A DNA stretch of 64,000 nt from Escherichia coli (lineage in GTDB: Bacteria > Pseudomonadota > Gammaproteobacteria > Enterobacterales > Enterobacteriaceae), in NCBI RefSeq assembly GCF_045037415.1, contig NZ_CP173438.1; one strand, 5' to 3'. Below are positions 31,460 through 43,775 of this stretch, in pieces (position 1 is the first letter of the stretch; the number at the start of each line of letters is the position of its first letter). A program made the position numbers and the translations under genes. A model generated the notes under the pieces. That model was not told the origin of the DNA. It was given only the letters and a program-made list of their open reading frames with translations, and searched no databases.

Positions 31460-34400
31460 CTATATCCGCCGCTGACGACGGCGAACAGGGCGAGGTCGTT
31501 TTGTTTTCTCCACCGTGGCGACGCCGGCCAGATAATCGGCCAGGGCAGCAGGAGAAGGGTGGGTGAAGAGGTCAAGCAACGTCAGGGTGGAAAATTCGTG
31601 ACGTTGTAACAAAACGTGCAGTTGCACCAGATTCAGCGACGTTGCGCCCGCCTCAAAGAAGTTTTCTGCGGGCGTGACAGACTCGCCAACCACCTCGCGG
31701 AAGGCGTCGCAAATCAGGCTGACGGTGCTCTCGTCCGCCGCAATGTGTGGCTGAGAGTGCTCAGGGCATACGCGCGGTGAGCGCTCTGCGCATTGCCCTG
31801 CGTGTTTAACGGGAGGCACCAGCGCGGCGAGCGGCAGTTGCCAGCCGCTTTCATCCTCGGCCATTCGGTTTAGCAATGCGCAATACTGTTCAAACTGGCG
31901 CTCCACCTGCCCGGCAGGAAACAGCGCGGCGACAAAATCCCAGTTAAAGCGCAGTTCGCCTTCGGATTCATAAATCTGGTGATCGAGCCAGACCTGCGGC
32001 GTCTGGGAGATGCCCCAGACCGGTTTGAGCAGATTACGCCGGGCGAGGAAGTTATCCTGCTCAAAGCCCAGCGCGCTGGTAAAGACGACGGGCATCGGAA
32101 CGGCTGGCACGTTTTGCCGTTGCGCCAGTTGACGCATCACGCGGATGGCTGACACATCGCGGTGGTTGAGGTTCTGGCTCAGCCGCTGCTGTAGTGACTG
32201 CGCGCTGTGCAGCCAGCTTTCGCCGGGATGCCAGCTCAGCAGCATCAGCGAGGTGAAATCGCCCAGAATCTGGTTGATTTGCGGGTGCAGCGGTCGCCTG
32301 TCGAAAAGCGTAAGGTTAAGCGTGAACTCAGGCTGTGCACTCCATGCAGAGAGAACCGTTGACCACACCGACAACAGTACGGCCGACGGGGTGAGATGGG
32401 CGTCAGCCGCCCGTTTTTTCAGCCGATGCCAGCGCGTGCTGTCCAGTGCGCCGTTCAGGCGGGCGAAGCGCGGTGTTTCAACCTCCTGAGGCAAGCAGCG
32501 CAGCGGCAACGCAGGCGCCGGAGGAATATCATCAAGCTGCGCCTGCCACCATGCCAGAGAATCTGGATTGGGCGACTGTAGCGAGGGTTGTTGCAGATAA
32601 TCCCTGAAGGTGACGGGCAGCGGCGGAAGCAGCTGTTGCGGGTAGCGGTAGCCGTGCTCCAGCTCCGCCAACAGAATCTGCATGCTCAGCCCGTCAAGTA
32701 ACAGGTTATCCAGACACAGCCACAGGCGGGCGGGCATCCCGTCAACGTAACCGACCTGGAGATCGAATACCGGCCAGACTTCGGGGTTGAGTACCTGATG
32801 GGCCAGTTTTTCGCGCACCTGCAACGCCTCTTCAGGCGTATGGAGGATGTGTGCGGGTATTACCCAGCGAGGCGTCTGTTCGAGCACCTGTTGCTGTCCA
32901 TCACGCACGACGGCGCGTAGCATATCGTGGCGGGCGATTAATCGGTTCCAGACCGTCTCCAACCGGGTGAGATCCAGATCGGCAATTTCAAATTCAACAA
33001 AGAAATGTGAGCCGACGCCGCCCAGGGCAAAGCCCGGCTGACGCCCCACTAGGTAAGCCTGCTGCACGTCGGTAAGCGCAAAGGGCTGGTAGCGATCTTC
33101 AGGGGAGTGGACGAATGGTTGTTCGACCGGGACGTCGGTTTTCCGCAGCGTGGCGGCAAAATCCGCCAGCCGGGGATGATTAAACAGGTCGCTTAATTGC
33201 GCTTCATAACCTGCCTGATGAAGTTGCCCGGTCAGACGGGTCGCCAGCAGGCTATCGCCGCCTTGCTGGAAGAAGTCGGTTTCTCTGGTGACATTGCCAG
33301 TTGATAAGAGTTGCTGCCAGAGGGCGGCAACCTGTTTTTCAATGTCGCCCTGGGGTAAATCCGCTTCGGCCGGGTTTTCCGCTTCAGGGGTATGACGACG
33401 CTTCAGCGCCTGGTAGTCAATTTTCCCGTTAGCCGTCAGCGGTAAGGCGTCGAGGAAGACGATCCGTTGCGGCACCATCCACCCCGGCAGACGCCCGGCG
33501 AGGGCGGCCTGAAGTTGACGGGGATCGCGGCGCACCTGCCTGTCAGGACATTGTACGAGGAAGCGTTGTAACCCCGCGACCTCATCGCCATGCTGACAGT
33601 TGAAGCCGGCCGCGCTAAATAATGCCGCCCAGTCGGCGCTGTTATGCAGCAAGGCCTCCGGCTGCCCATTGGTTAACAGGAGCGTGCTGAGTAGGGCGGA
33701 CGGCGTTAACTGGCGAAACTCCATCACGTAGAGCAGCGCGCCGGGAACGGCAAGCTGTTGTAATGTCGCAAGGAGCCCGGGATCTTCCGGCAGCAGACGA
33801 TGCAGGGCGTTATTAAGCCAGATAATGTCCGCCGAGTGAGCGTGCGCCGCCAGCGTGTCTGCATTCCAGAGGGACAGACGGGCGCCAGGCCAGGGGGCGA
33901 GCCTCTGCCGGGCGCTCAGCAGCATCTCCTGGCTCTGCTCAAGCCCGACATACTCAATCTGTCCGGCGTTGAGCTGTGCTAACAGCGATTCTGCGGCGCG
34001 GCCAGTGCGGGTTCCCACCTCAAGCAGGCGCACCGGGCGCTGTAAGCGCTGTGCAAGCTGTTGGCAAATTGTCGCCAGTTCCTGAATATACGGGGCGCTG
34101 GCCGGATGGTTAAAGGCCAGGCTTTCCGGCGACCACTGCGCGTCGTTCAGTAACGACAGTTCGTTACGGGCACCGCGAAGAATTTGCGATAACGTTAAAT
34201 CATGTCCGCTGAAGTGCGGGTGCTCATCCTCGCGTTCTTCACCAGCGCAGACCTGATAACCTTCAGCAGCGGGCTTCAGTCGCCGTTGTGTCACCAGAAA
34301 TGCTAACCAGCGTTCCACCACGGCCTGCCAGCGCGGCTGGATAGCGAGTGAGTTCATCAGGGGGAGAGGATCGGCGCCAGCGGTGTGACCCGGCTTCAGT

Positions 34401-37400
34401 TTTAGCAGGCGATGCTGAAGGAAATCGGCTACCTGTTCTGCGGAGATCTCTGGCGAGATGGCGCAACAGGGCAACGTTCCCGCAAGCGTGTGCCACGCCT
34501 GCGGCAGTGCCGGGTTCCGATGATCGGTAACGCAAAAAGCCTCGCCCTGAGGAACAACGTATGCCGCCAGCGTTTTTTCTTTTTCGCCGATCGCCAGAAC
34601 GGTTGCTTGTTTCACCCCCGCCAGCTGGCTGAGCGCGCTTTCGATTTCGCCCAGCTCGATGCGATATCCTCCGACTTTGACCTGCTTGTCGCGACGACCG
34701 AGGAACTCGATTGTGCCATCTGGCCAGTAGCAGCCGAGATCGCCGGTGCGATACCAGCGCTCGTCCGGGAGCGTCAAAAATTGCTGCTCGCTACGCAGGG
34801 GATCGTTGAAATAGCCTTCCGCGACCCCAATGCCGCCAATCCATAATTCACCCGGCACCCAGTCAGGGCAGTCCCGGCCCTGTTCATCCACCACCCGGTA
34901 GCGTTGGTTGGTTAGCGGAAAACCGTAAGGGATGGAGCGCCAGTGGGCGGGGACGTCGTGAATTTCGCAGGCGTTAGACCAGATAGACGCCTCGGTGGCA
35001 CCGCCCATCGCGATAAATTGTCCTTGTGGCCGGAAGGCCCGATAACGGGCGGGGAGGTCAAGCCCGATCCAGTCGCCGGAAAGCATCACTGCGCGCAGGT
35101 TTTCCGGCGTGGCGTCGGCGAAACCTTCACACCAGGTCAGCAGCATATCGAACAGCGCCGGGACGCTGTTCCAGAGCGTGACCTGATGGCGCTGGATCAG
35201 CTCACACCATGCGTGAGGATCGCGCCGTTGATTTTCCATCACCATCACCAGCGCGCCGCCCGCGCGCAGTACGCCAAAAATGTCGTAAACCGATAAATCA
35301 AAATGTAGGGCGGAGAGGGCCAGCACCCTGTCATGCGGGCCAACCTGATAGCGGGTATTGATATCGCAACAGGTGTTAAGCGCTCCCCGGTGAGAAATGA
35401 CTACCCCTTTCGGCGTACCGGTAGAGCCGGAGGTGTAGATAATGTAGGCCGGTTGCGTGGGGGCGCGTACTACCGGGTTGGCGATCGGCTCCGCCTCAAT
35501 GGCCTGCTGCCAGGCAAGGACGGGAATATCGTCTGACCCGGCGCTGGCGTCGTGCTGACAAATGAGCACCAGCCGGACGCTGGCGTCAGCGTAGATTTTC
35601 TCGCGCCGTGCGGCAGGCTGATCCAGCGAAACCGGAACGTAAACCGCCCCAGCCAGCAGGACGGCCAGAACCGCAACAAGTTGTCCTGCACCTTTCGACA
35701 TCGTGATAGCCACATTATCGCCGGGCTGAACCCCGCACTCGATTAACCTGCCCGCGCAACGGCGGGCATAGTCTGTCAGCTCATGATAATTCCACTGATA
35801 ACGCATGTCCGTTACCGCCAGCGCCTGCGGCTGTTGCAGAGCGATACGGAAAATGCCTTCATGCAGCAAGCCTTCGGGAATGGGGGCGCCGGTGGCGTTG
35901 ACCCGTTCGCGTATCGCGCGCTGGCTGGCGGGCATCATATCTGCGAACGGCTTTTGCCAGGCGCTTTCGTCATCGCAGAGTTGGTTAATCAACTGGCAGT
36001 AGGTATCGAACAATGTTTCGACTAACGCCGGAGGGAACAGCGCGTCGTTGCTGTCCCATTGTAGCCAGACCTCGCCGTGATGCTCGAACGCCAGATGATC
36101 TATCCAGACCTGCGGCGTTTGCGAGATGCCCCATTCCGGCTCGCCCAACGGCGATTCTGCGCGGCTGCTGTAGAGGGAACGCCCCAGATTGCTGGTAAAT
36201 ACCACCGGGGCGCCGTGGGGGTAGCGCTGCTGGCGTTTGAGTTCACGGAGTAATTCGACGCCGGACCAGTGGCGATGCTCCCAGTCCTCCGTAAACGTGA
36301 GCTGGTTTTTACGCGCCAGGTTGCTGACGGTATCGCCATCGCAGGCGGTATCCAGCAGAAGAATATTGGTGAAGTCGGCAAGCATCGCGCCAACCGCCGG
36401 GTGCAGCGGCTGGCGGTCGAATAAGGTGATGTTAAGCAGCAGACGCGTCAGGCCGCCCCAGCGAGCCAGCACGGCAGAAAAACAGGTCGCCAGTGCCATT
36501 GTCGGCGTCACGCCATACTCGCCGGCCCGGTTGCTAAAGGCGTGCCAGCGTGTTGCCGGGACAATCATGCGGCGTCGGGTATTACGGACTTCACGTAGCG
36601 TGGCGGGTTCGCAGGCCAGCGGCAAGACGGGCGCGGGGGGAAGCGTCGATGCTTTCGCCAGCCAGTAAGCGCGCGCGTCGTCTCTCAGTGGTTGATTGAT
36701 CTTCTGCTGGTGCAGCAAATACGAGCGGAAATCATAGCGGGTGTCGATAGCCGGCAGCGATTCTCCGGCCAGCAGGGCGTTAAGCTCATCGAAGAAAAGC
36801 GTAAAGCTGGAGGCATCCATAATCAGCAGGTCAATATTGACATGGAGGCGGTGGCGATTGTCCGGCAAGAGCGTCAGCTGAAAATCAAACGTTTCGCCGA
36901 TTTCCACGCGTAAAAGACGGTGGCTCAGGCGCTGGCGCAGTGCGTCCAGATAGGCCTGGCGGCTTTCAGCGTCGTTATGGCGTAAATCATGAACGGTGAC
37001 GCCGTTCCAGTAAGGTTGCGGTAGCCAGACCTGCTGCCCGTCGGGGCGAAAGGCGATATGCAGCATTGGGTGGCGTTGCAGCAAGGTCGTGATGGCCTGC
37101 TCCAGCTGCGACGCCGTCAGACAATGGCCTTCAAACTCCTGATACAGGTGGCAACCCACGCCGCCAAGCGTCTGCCCCGGCATGCGGCCCGTCAGGTAGG
37201 CGTGCTGTACTGGCGTCAATGGGAAGGGGGTACTTTCGGTCATGTTCGGCCAGGATGATTCGTCGGGCGGCGTTTCTTCTTCCGCGTTCTCCGGCGACCG
37301 GCTGAGCATTAACTGGTTCCATGCCGCCAGCGTGGGGGCGGCATACAGCTCGCGAAGGGTAAGGCGGTAGCCATTTTTACGAAACCAGTGTAACCATCTC

Positions 37401-37567
37401 ATCAATCTTATGGAATCCAGGCCGGCCTGGATCAGGTTGCTCTCTTCATGTAACTGCTGCGGCGTTAAATTCAGTTCCTGTATGAGCCGCTCGCGTAATT
37501 GTTGGTAATCAGCCGCGTGGCGGTTGTCCGGTAACAGCGAATCCTGAGATGGTGCGCCAGAAATCAT
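31460..37567 (-). CDS. irp2: HMWP2 non-ribosomal peptide synthetase of yersiniabactin synthesis
   Basis: Start at [23 protein letters not shown] gives 2035 aa; adenylation ([11 protein letters not shown]), carrier-protein and cyclization motifs. Confidence 0.9.
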   Translation of the reverse strand: MISGAPSQDSLLPDNRHAADYQQLRERLIQELNLTPQQLHEESNLIQAGLDSIRLMRWLHWFRKNGYRLTLRELYAAPTLAAWNQLMLSRSPENAEEETPPDESSWPNMTESTPFPLTPVQHAYLTGRMPGQTLGGVGCHLYQEFEGHCLTASQLEQAITTLLQRHPMLHIAFRPDGQQVWLPQPYWNGVTVHDLRHNDAESRQAYLDALRQRLSHRLLRVEIGETFDFQLTLLPDNRHRLHVNIDLLIMDASSFTLFFDELNALLAGESLPAIDTRYDFRSYLLHQQKINQPLRDDARAYWLAKASTLPPAPVLPLACEPATLREVRNTRRRMIVPATRWHAFSNRAGEYGVTPTMALATCFSAVLARWGGLTRLLLNITLFDRQPLHPAVGAMLADFTNILLLDTACDGDTVSNLARKNQLTFTEDWEHRHWSGVELLRELKRQQRYPHGAPVVFTSNLGRSLYSSRAESPLGEPEWGISQTPQVWIDHLAFEHHGEVWLQWDSNDALFPPALVETLFDTYCQLINQLCDDESAWQKPFADMMPASQRAIRERVNATGAPIPEGLLHEGIFRIALQQPQALAVTDMRYQWNYHELTDYARRCAGRLIECGVQPGDNVAITMSKGAGQLVAVLAVLLAGAVYVPVSLDQPAARREKIYADASVRLVLICQHDASAGSDDIPVLAWQQAIEAEPIANPVVRAPTQPAYIIYTSGSTGTPKGVVISHRGALNTCCDINTRYQVGPHDRVLALSALHFDLSVYDIFGVLRAGGALVMVMENQRRDPHAWCELIQRHQVTLWNSVPALFDMLLTWCEGFADATPENLRAVMLSGDWIGLDLPARYRAFRPQGQFIAMGGATEASIWSNACEIHDVPAHWRSIPYGFPLTNQRYRVVDEQGRDCPDWVPGELWIGGIGVAEGYFNDPLRSEQQFLTLPDERWYRTGDLGCYWPDGTIEFLGRRDKQVKVGGYRIELGEIESALSQLAGVKQATVLAIGEKEKTLAAYVVPQGEAFCVTDHRNPALPQAWHTLAGTLPCCAISPEISAEQVADFLQHRLLKLKPGHTAGADPLPLMNSLAIQPRWQAVVERWLAFLVTQRRLKPAAEGYQVCAGEEREDEHPHFSGHDLTLSQILRGARNELSLLNDAQWSPESLAFNHPASAPYIQELATICQQLAQRLQRPVRLLEVGTRTGRAAESLLAQLNAGQIEYVGLEQSQEMLLSARQRLAPWPGARLSLWNADTLAAHAHSADIIWLNNALHRLLPEDPGLLATLQQLAVPGALLYVMEFRQLTPSALLSTLLLTNGQPEALLHNSADWAALFSAAGFNCQHGDEVAGLQRFLVQCPDRQVRRDPRQLQAALAGRLPGWMVPQRIVFLDALPLTANGKIDYQALKRRHTPEAENPAEADLPQGDIEKQVAALWQQLLSTGNVTRETDFFQQGGDSLLATRLTGQLHQAGYEAQLSDLFNHPRLADFAATLRKTDVPVEQPFVHSPEDRYQPFALTDVQQAYLVGRQPGFALGGVGSHFFVEFEIADLDLTRLETVWNRLIARHDMLRAVVRDGQQQVLEQTPRWVIPAHILHTPEEALQVREKLAHQVLNPEVWPVFDLQVGYVDGMPARLWLCLDNLLLDGLSMQILLAELEHGYRYPQQLLPPLPVTFRDYLQQPSLQSPNPDSLAWWQAQLDDIPPAPALPLRCLPQEVETPRFARLNGALDSTRWHRLKKRAADAHLTPSAVLLSVWSTVLSAWSAQPEFTLNLTLFDRRPLHPQINQILGDFTSLMLLSWHPGESWLHSAQSLQQRLSQNLNHRDVSAIRVMRQLAQRQNVPAVPMPVVFTSALGFEQDNFLARRNLLKPVWGISQTPQVWLDHQIYESEGELRFNWDFVAALFPAGQVERQFEQYCALLNRMAEDESGWQLPLAALVPPVKHAGQCAERSPRVCPEHSQPHIAADESTVSLICDAFREVVGESVTPAENFFEAGATSLNLVQLHVLLQRHEFSTLTLLDLFTHPSPAALADYLAGVATVEKTKRPRPVRRRQRRI

Positions 37568-37605
37568 TCTTCCTCCTGATGGCACGTCTTACCGAAAAGC
37601 ATTAC

Positions 37606-37680
37606 TCATATGAGAATAATAATTATTAACAATTGGATGCTACCCGAAACGGGTTTATTTATGCCCGTTTCGGGTTGGTA
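37606..37680 (-). promoter_or_regulatory. irp2 promoter region: Fur-box-like sequence plus YbtA-type inverted repeats
   Basis: gagaataataattattaac resembles the Fur consensus; ctacccgaaacgggtttatttatgcccgtttcgggttgg is a near-perfect inverted repeat. Confidence 0.6.
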
Positions 37681-37757
37681 ACAGGCGGAAAGAACAGAGG
37701 CCCTGATGGGGTATCCGGGCCTCTGTCAGGGAGGAGTTTAGGGGGGCGCGACCCCGG

Positions 37758-38717
37758 TTACATCCCGCGTTTAAAGGTCGAAGGAGTTACGCCAAACTGT
37801 TTCTGGAAGGCGGCAGAGAAATGGCTGGCGTTGGCATAGCCCAGATCGGCCGCCACCGTCATGACGGAGGTATTGCCGTTGGCCAGGCGTCTTCTGGCTT
37901 CCTGCATTCGTTCAGCCTGAAACAGGCCATAGACGCTGTTGTTGAACAGAACGCGGAAGCCTCGCTTAATTTTGAGAACGCTCAGACCGGACTCTCTGGC
38001 CAGCTCCGCGACGCCCGGCGCTTGCGTCAGATCAGCCAGCAGCAGATCCTTCGCCCGCAGCAGTTTCTGGCGTTCCATCGGGGTGAAGTGGCAGGAGAGG
38101 CAACTGGCGTCTTCGCGATGTTCATCCAGCACCAGACTGAGCATGACCAGACTTTGCCCCTGCAACCATAGCGTCGACGGCTTTTGTTCATGACTGAAGC
38201 CGCTGTGCATGCGCATCAGCGCGTGACGCAAGGCCTGAGCCGTTAAGTGGGTTTCAGCATTACAACGGTGCTGCTGGCAACAGCAGTGGGAGTCGATCTT
38301 ATTCTTAATGACCGCGCTAATATCCGGCACCCACAGCGCGAGGGTTTCAGGGCTGAAGGAGAGGGTAATGCTCTCGAATCGGCCACAATAGGAGGCGCTG
38401 CCGCGACAGTCTGGCGTATGGGTAATGTAATGGCGATTGCGCGCAAGCTCCCAGTCGGTGTGACGCCGGAGTCCCTGAATCGCAAAGCGCGATGTGCCTT
38501 CCAGGATGCACGAGAAGTTAATCCTGCCCAGATCGTCGTGTAGCTGCAACGTCTCAGGCCGCGCAAAATGGCCCCTCCAGAGCAAAATATCCATACCTTC
38601 CTGCAACGAACAGCGCAGCAGTTCACACTGAGCAGGAATATTGCCATCGTTTGCAGGTTTCCCGACCACCAACTGGTGAATAGAGATTTCAGATTGCGTT
38701 TGCGGTGACTCCGTCAT
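37758..38717 (-). CDS. ybtA: AraC-family transcriptional activator of the yersiniabactin regulon
   Basis: 319-aa ORF with C-terminal AraC-type HTH (ANASHFSAAFQKQFGVTPSTF). Confidence 0.9.
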   Translation of the reverse strand: MTESPQTQSEISIHQLVVGKPANDGNIPAQCELLRCSLQEGMDILLWRGHFARPETLQLHDDLGRINFSCILEGTSRFAIQGLRRHTDWELARNRHYITHTPDCRGSASYCGRFESITLSFSPETLALWVPDISAVIKNKIDSHCCCQQHRCNAETHLTAQALRHALMRMHSGFSHEQKPSTLWLQGQSLVMLSLVLDEHREDASCLSCHFTPMERQKLLRAKDLLLADLTQAPGVAELARESGLSVLKIKRGFRVLFNNSVYGLFQAERMQEARRRLANGNTSVMTVAADLGYANASHFSAAFQKQFGVTPSTFKRGM

Positions 38718-38883
38718 GACCTGGTTATCTCCCTGTGGCTTAGACCAATGCGGGTATAAATAGAACCGAATGGGGTAGATGAGTTATTGATAATGGTTAT
38801 TATTCACATTAATTCTCAGAACGCCACCCTGAATTGTCGTTTTTGGCGTCCGTAAAAATTCATCAGGAAATTCAGTTACTCCC
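38718..38883. promoter_or_regulatory. Divergent ybtA / ybtPQXS promoter region with Fur-box-like sequence
   Basis: gagttattgataatggttattattcac resembles the Fur consensus; lies between divergently oriented ybtA and ybtP. Confidence 0.5.
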
Positions 38884-40686
38884 ATGTCATCTCAATCATC
38901 CAATACTGAATCGCTGTCCCGATTTCCTCTTTGGCAGGTGATTACACCGGTTCGCAGGAAGGTTATTTTAGCTATGGCGCTGGCGGGGCTGGCGGCATTA
39001 ACCAGCCTGGGGGCGCTCCTTTTTCTGGCGTGGAGCCTGCGTGACATTCGCGCGACGCCTGACGCTATTCCGGCCTGGCCGCTGGGCGGCGTGATCGGCT
39101 GCGTGGTCTTAACTTTTGTTCTGCGCTTACAGGCGTTCAACACCTCTCATTACGCGGCTTTTCATCTGGAGAACATTCTGCGCAGCAGGTTAGCCCGTAA
39201 AGCATTGCAGCTTCCGCCTGGCGTGTTACAGCAAATGGGCAGCGGGTCAGTGGCGAAAGTGATGCTGGATGACGTGAAGTCGTTACATATTTTTGTGGCC
39301 GACAGCACGCCGCTCTATGCCCGCGCGATCATCATGCCGCTGGCGACAATCGTTATCTTGTTCTGGCTGGACTGGCGGCTGGCAATCGCGACGCTGGGGG
39401 TACTGGCGTTTGGATCGGTTGTTCTCGTGCTCGCCCGCCAGCGTTCGGAAGATATGGCTCAGCGTTATCATAAGGCGCGCGAGCAGGTTAGCGCGGCGGT
39501 TATTGAGTTCGTGCAGGCCATGCCCGTGGTGAGAACGTTTGATAGCGGCAGCACCAGTTTTTTGCGCTATCAACGCGCCCTTGAAGAGTGGGTCGATGTG
39601 CTCAAAACCTGGTATCGCAAAGCCGGTTTTTCAGCGCGTTTTTCCTTCTCGATTCTGAATCCTCTCCCGACCCTGTTTGTCCTGATCTGGTCGGGATACG
39701 GCCTGTTGCACTATGGCAGTTTCGATTTTATCGCGTGGGTGGCCGTTTTACTGCTGGGCAGCGGAATGGCCGAAGCCGTAATGCCAATGATGATGCTCAA
39801 TAACCTGGTCGCGCAAACGCGTTTAAGCATTCAGCGTATTTATCAGGTTCTCGCGATGCCGGAGTTATCGCTGCCGCAGTCTGACCAGCAGCCGCAAGAG
39901 GCGAGCATTACCTTTGAGCAGGTGAGCTTTCATTATCCGCAAGCGCGTACTGGCGCCGCGTTGCAGGAGGTGAGCTTTCATGTGCCTGCCGGGCAAATTG
40001 TGGCGCTGGTCGGGCCAAGCGGCGCCGGAAAAAGCACCGTGGTGCGCTTGCTGCTGCGTTACGCCGACCCGGACAAAGGCCATATCCGTATTGGCGGCGT
40101 GGATCTGCGTGATATGCAGACGGACACCCTGATGAAGCAACTCTCGTTTGTGTTTCAGGACAACTTCCTTTTTGCCGACACGATAGCCAATAACATTCGT
40201 CTGGGCGCGCCGGATACGCCGCTGGAGGCGGTTATAGCGGCGGCCAGAGTGGCGCAGGCCCATGATTTTATTAGCGCTCTGCCAGAAGGTTACAACACTC
40301 GAGTCGGGGAACGTGGGGTATTTCTCTCCGGCGGCCAGCGGCAGCGCATTACTATCGCCCGGGCGCTTTTGCAGGATCGCCCCATCCTGGTGCTCGATGA
40401 GGCGACGGCGTTTGCTGACCCGGAAAACGAAGCGGCGCTTATCAAGGCGCTCGCGGCGGCCATGCGTGGCCGGACGGTCATCATGGTCGCGCATCGTCTC
40501 TCAATGGTGACTCAGGCCGATGTGATATTGCTGTTTTCCGACGGACAGCTCAGGGAAATGGGGAACCATACGCAACTGTTGGCGCAGGGCGGCCTGTATC
40601 AACGGCTCTGGCAACACTATCAGCAGGCGCAGCATTGGGTGCCGGGTGGAACACAGGAAGAGGTGATGGAAAATGAAAGACAATAA
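38884..40686 (+). CDS. ybtP: ABC transporter permease/ATPase fusion (yersiniabactin uptake)
   Basis: 600-aa ORF with N-terminal TM domain and C-terminal Walker A GPSGAGKST, ABC signature LSGGQRQR. Confidence 0.9.
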   Translation: MSSQSSNTESLSRFPLWQVITPVRRKVILAMALAGLAALTSLGALLFLAWSLRDIRATPDAIPAWPLGGVIGCVVLTFVLRLQAFNTSHYAAFHLENILRSRLARKALQLPPGVLQQMGSGSVAKVMLDDVKSLHIFVADSTPLYARAIIMPLATIVILFWLDWRLAIATLGVLAFGSVVLVLARQRSEDMAQRYHKAREQVSAAVIEFVQAMPVVRTFDSGSTSFLRYQRALEEWVDVLKTWYRKAGFSARFSFSILNPLPTLFVLIWSGYGLLHYGSFDFIAWVAVLLLGSGMAEAVMPMMMLNNLVAQTRLSIQRIYQVLAMPELSLPQSDQQPQEASITFEQVSFHYPQARTGAALQEVSFHVPAGQIVALVGPSGAGKSTVVRLLLRYADPDKGHIRIGGVDLRDMQTDTLMKQLSFVFQDNFLFADTIANNIRLGAPDTPLEAVIAAARVAQAHDFISALPEGYNTRVGERGVFLSGGQRQRITIARALLQDRPILVLDEATAFADPENEAALIKALAAAMRGRTVIMVAHRLSMVTQADVILLFSDGQLREMGNHTQLLAQGGLYQRLWQHYQQAQHWVPGGTQEEVMENERQ

Positions 40687-42475
40687 TCCTGCGGATAACC
40701 TGGCCTGGCGCGTCATCTGGCGCCAGCTTATCTCCAGCGTTGGCAGTCAGGCCAGGATGCTGCGACGCAGTATGCTGGCGCTGTTGCTGGCGGCATTCAT
40801 GCAGGGGATCGCCTTTGCCTGTCTTTATCCGATCATTGATGCGCTGTTACGGGGAGACGCGCCGCAACTTCTTAACTGGGCTATGGCCTTCAGCGTCGCC
40901 GCAATTGTGACGCTGGTGCTACGCTGGTATGGCCTGGGCTTTGAATACCGTGGTCATCTGGCGCAGGCTACCCATGAGTTGCGCCTGCGACTTGGCGAGC
41001 AGTTACGCCGCGTGCCGCTGGAGAAGCTCCAGCGCGGCAGGGCGGGTGAAATGAACGCCTTGCTGCTGGGCAGCGTGGATGAAAACCTCAATTATGTTAT
41101 TGCGATAGCCAATATTTTGCTGCTCACCATTGTCACGCCGCTGACGGCGTCGCTGGCGACATTGTGGATAGACTGGCGGCTGGGGCTGGTGATGTTGCTG
41201 ATCTTCCCTCTGCTGGTGCCGTTTTATTACTGGCGCCGCCCGGCGATGCGGCGACAAATGCAGACGCTGGGGGAAGCGCACCAGCGTCTGAGCGGCGATA
41301 TCGTTGAATTTGCTCAGGGGATGATGGTATTGCGCACCTGCGGCAGCGATGCCGATAAAAGCCGGGCGCTGCTGGCGCATTTCAATGCGCTGGAAAACTT
41401 ACAGACCCGCACTCACCGTCAGGGCGCTGGCGCGACGATGCTGATCGCCAGCGTCGTGGAGTTGGGCCTACAGGTGGTGGTGTTATCCGGGATCGTCTGG
41501 GTAGTGACGGGCACTCTGAACCTCGCCTTTTTGATTGCCGCCGTCGCGATGATTATGCGCTTCGCAGAACCGATGGCGATGTTTATCAGCTACACCTCGG
41601 TTGTGGAACTGATCGCCAGCGCCCTGCAAAGGATTGAGCAGTTTATGGCGATAGCACCGCTTCCCGTCGCAGAGCAAAGCGAGATGCCGGAACGTTACGA
41701 TATCCGCTTTGACAACGTCAGCTATCGCTACGAAGAAGGTGACGGCCACGCGCTTAATCATGTTTCTTTGACGTTCCCGGCAGCCAGTATGAGCGCGCTG
41801 GTGGGTGCCTCCGGCGCAGGCAAAACTACCGTCACCAAACTGTTAATGCGCTATGCCGATCCGCAGCAAGGGCAGATTTCTATTGGCGGCGTCGATATTC
41901 GCCGCCTGACGCCGGAACAGCTCAATAGCCTGATTTCTGTTGTTTTCCAGGATGTCTGGCTGTTTGATGACACGCTGCTGGCGAATATCCGTATCGCGCG
42001 CCCACAGGCGACGCGGCAGGAGGTAGAAGAGGCCGCCCGCGCGGCGCAGTGCCTTGAGTTTATTTCCCGTCTTCCGCAAGGCTGGCTGACGCCAATGGGA
42101 GAGATGGGCGGCCAGCTATCGGGCGGCGAGCGCCAGCGGATTTCCATTGCCAGAGCGTTATTGAAAAACGCGCCGGTCGTTATTCTCGATGAACCGACTG
42201 CCGCGCTGGATATTGAAAGCGAGCTGGCGGTGCAAAAAGCGATCGATAACCTGGTTTACAACCGGACGGTGATTATCATCGCTCACCGTTTATCCACCAT
42301 CGCCGGGGCCGGAAACATTCTGGTGATGGAAGAGGGACAGGTGGTTGAGCAGGGTACTCATGCGCAATTGCTCTCACATCATGGACGTTATCAGGCGCTG
42401 TGGCAGGCGCAAATGGCCGCGCGCGTGTGGCGCGACGACGGGGTTTCCGCGTCTGGAGAGTGGGGGCATGAGTGA
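40673..42475 (+). CDS. ybtQ: ABC transporter permease/ATPase fusion (yersiniabactin uptake)
   Basis: 600-aa ORF with Walker A GASGAGKTT and LSGGERQR; overlaps the ybtP stop. Confidence 0.9.
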   Translation: MKDNNPADNLAWRVIWRQLISSVGSQARMLRRSMLALLLAAFMQGIAFACLYPIIDALLRGDAPQLLNWAMAFSVAAIVTLVLRWYGLGFEYRGHLAQATHELRLRLGEQLRRVPLEKLQRGRAGEMNALLLGSVDENLNYVIAIANILLLTIVTPLTASLATLWIDWRLGLVMLLIFPLLVPFYYWRRPAMRRQMQTLGEAHQRLSGDIVEFAQGMMVLRTCGSDADKSRALLAHFNALENLQTRTHRQGAGATMLIASVVELGLQVVVLSGIVWVVTGTLNLAFLIAAVAMIMRFAEPMAMFISYTSVVELIASALQRIEQFMAIAPLPVAEQSEMPERYDIRFDNVSYRYEEGDGHALNHVSLTFPAASMSALVGASGAGKTTVTKLLMRYADPQQGQISIGGVDIRRLTPEQLNSLISVVFQDVWLFDDTLLANIRIARPQATRQEVEEAARAAQCLEFISRLPQGWLTPMGEMGGQLSGGERQRISIARALLKNAPVVILDEPTAALDIESELAVQKAIDNLVYNRTVIIIAHRLSTIAGAGNILVMEEGQVVEQGTHAQLLSHHGRYQALWQAQMAARVWRDDGVSASGEWGHE

Positions 42476-43748
42476 TGTTCAGTCGAATGTGAAACCGCTG
42501 ACGTTGACGACCGGGCGGGTGATTTTTGCTATTGCCGGCGTCTATGTGACGCAGAGTCTGGTATCGGCGCTGTCTATGCAGTCCTTACCCGCGCTGGTGC
42601 GCGCTGCTGGCGGTTCGCTGGCGCTTGCCGGTGCGACAACCCTGTTTATGCTGCCCTGGGCGCTGAAGTTTATTTGGGCGCCGTGGATCGAGCGCTGGCG
42701 GCTTCCGCCCGGTAGCCAGGAACGCCGTTCCCGCATGTTAATCCTGCGTGGTCAGGTCGCGCTAGCGGCGATCCTGACTATTGCCGCAGCGATTGGCTGG
42801 TTTGGGCGAGAAGGGGGATTCCCCGATACGCAAATCGTCGCGTTATTTGTTCTGTTTATGGTGGCAGGCACGGTCGCCTCCACCATTGATATCGCCAGCG
42901 ACGGCTTTTGTGTCGATCAACTGACCCGCACGGGTTACGGCTGGGGAAACAGCGTGCAGGTCGGCGGCAGCTATCTGGGAATGATGTGCGGCGGCGGGGT
43001 GTTCATGATGCTGTCGGCGGCATCCGGCTGGCCTGTCGCCATGCTGATGATGGCGGTGCTGATTATGGCGCTGTCACTCCCGCTGTGGCGCATTACGGAG
43101 CCGACGCGAACAGCGACTATCCCGCATGTTCCGGCGTTAGGTTATGCGCTAAGGAGGAAGCAGGCGCGCCTGGGCTTACTGCTGGTATTGATGCTGAATT
43201 CAGGCATGCGGTTTGTGCTGCCTCTTCTGGCACCGCTGTTGTTGGATCATGGGTTGAGCATGTCCGCATTGGGCGCGCTGTTCAGCGGCGGCAATATTGC
43301 AGCGGGCATAGCAGGAACGCTGGCCGGCGGATTGCTGATGAAATACACCTCACCCGGCAGAGCGCTGTTGACGGCTTATGGCGTCCAGGGGATCGCGCTG
43401 CTGGCGGTGGTGATGACGCTCATGATGGCGCCGGGTCATCTGCTGCTGCAGATTCTCCAGTGTCTGGTCATTGTCCAGTCCATTTCGCTGGCCTGCGCGC
43501 TGGTCTGTCTTTACGCCACGCTGATGTCGCTTTCATCGCCTTTGCAGGCCGGTGTCGACTTCACCCTCTTTCAATGTACTGATGCGGCAATCGCCATTCT
43601 GGCAGGCGTTATCGGTGGCGTTGTTGCTCAACATTTTGGCTATGCGGCCTGCTTCCTGTTTGCCGGGGCATTCACGTTGCTGGCGGCGTGGGTTGCTTAT
43701 ATCCGGCTGCATTCGGCAAGAGAACTGATGACAAGCGCAATTGATTGA
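42468..43748 (+). CDS. ybtX: MFS-type membrane protein YbtX (Irp8)
   Basis: Start at the ATGAGTGA overlap with the ybtQ stop gives 426 aa; polytopic membrane protein. Confidence 0.85.
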   Translation: MSDVQSNVKPLTLTTGRVIFAIAGVYVTQSLVSALSMQSLPALVRAAGGSLALAGATTLFMLPWALKFIWAPWIERWRLPPGSQERRSRMLILRGQVALAAILTIAAAIGWFGREGGFPDTQIVALFVLFMVAGTVASTIDIASDGFCVDQLTRTGYGWGNSVQVGGSYLGMMCGGGVFMMLSAASGWPVAMLMMAVLIMALSLPLWRITEPTRTATIPHVPALGYALRRKQARLGLLLVLMLNSGMRFVLPLLAPLLLDHGLSMSALGALFSGGNIAAGIAGTLAGGLLMKYTSPGRALLTAYGVQGIALLAVVMTLMMAPGHLLLQILQCLVIVQSISLACALVCLYATLMSLSSPLQAGVDFTLFQCTDAAIAILAGVIGGVVAQHFGYAACFLFAGAFTLLAAWVAYIRLHSARELMTSAID

Positions 43749-43775
43749 TCCGCGAATAACACAGAGAGGTAAGGG

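Noticed and set aside
22080-37585. Dozens of 60-270-aa ORFs on both strands inside irp1 and irp2 (for example 25043-25858, 23348-23881, 34412-34846)
   Set aside because: They lie inside the long GC-rich PKS/NRPS coding frames and have low-complexity Arg/Ala/Gly-rich translations typical of spurious alternate frames; no RBS or domain signal.
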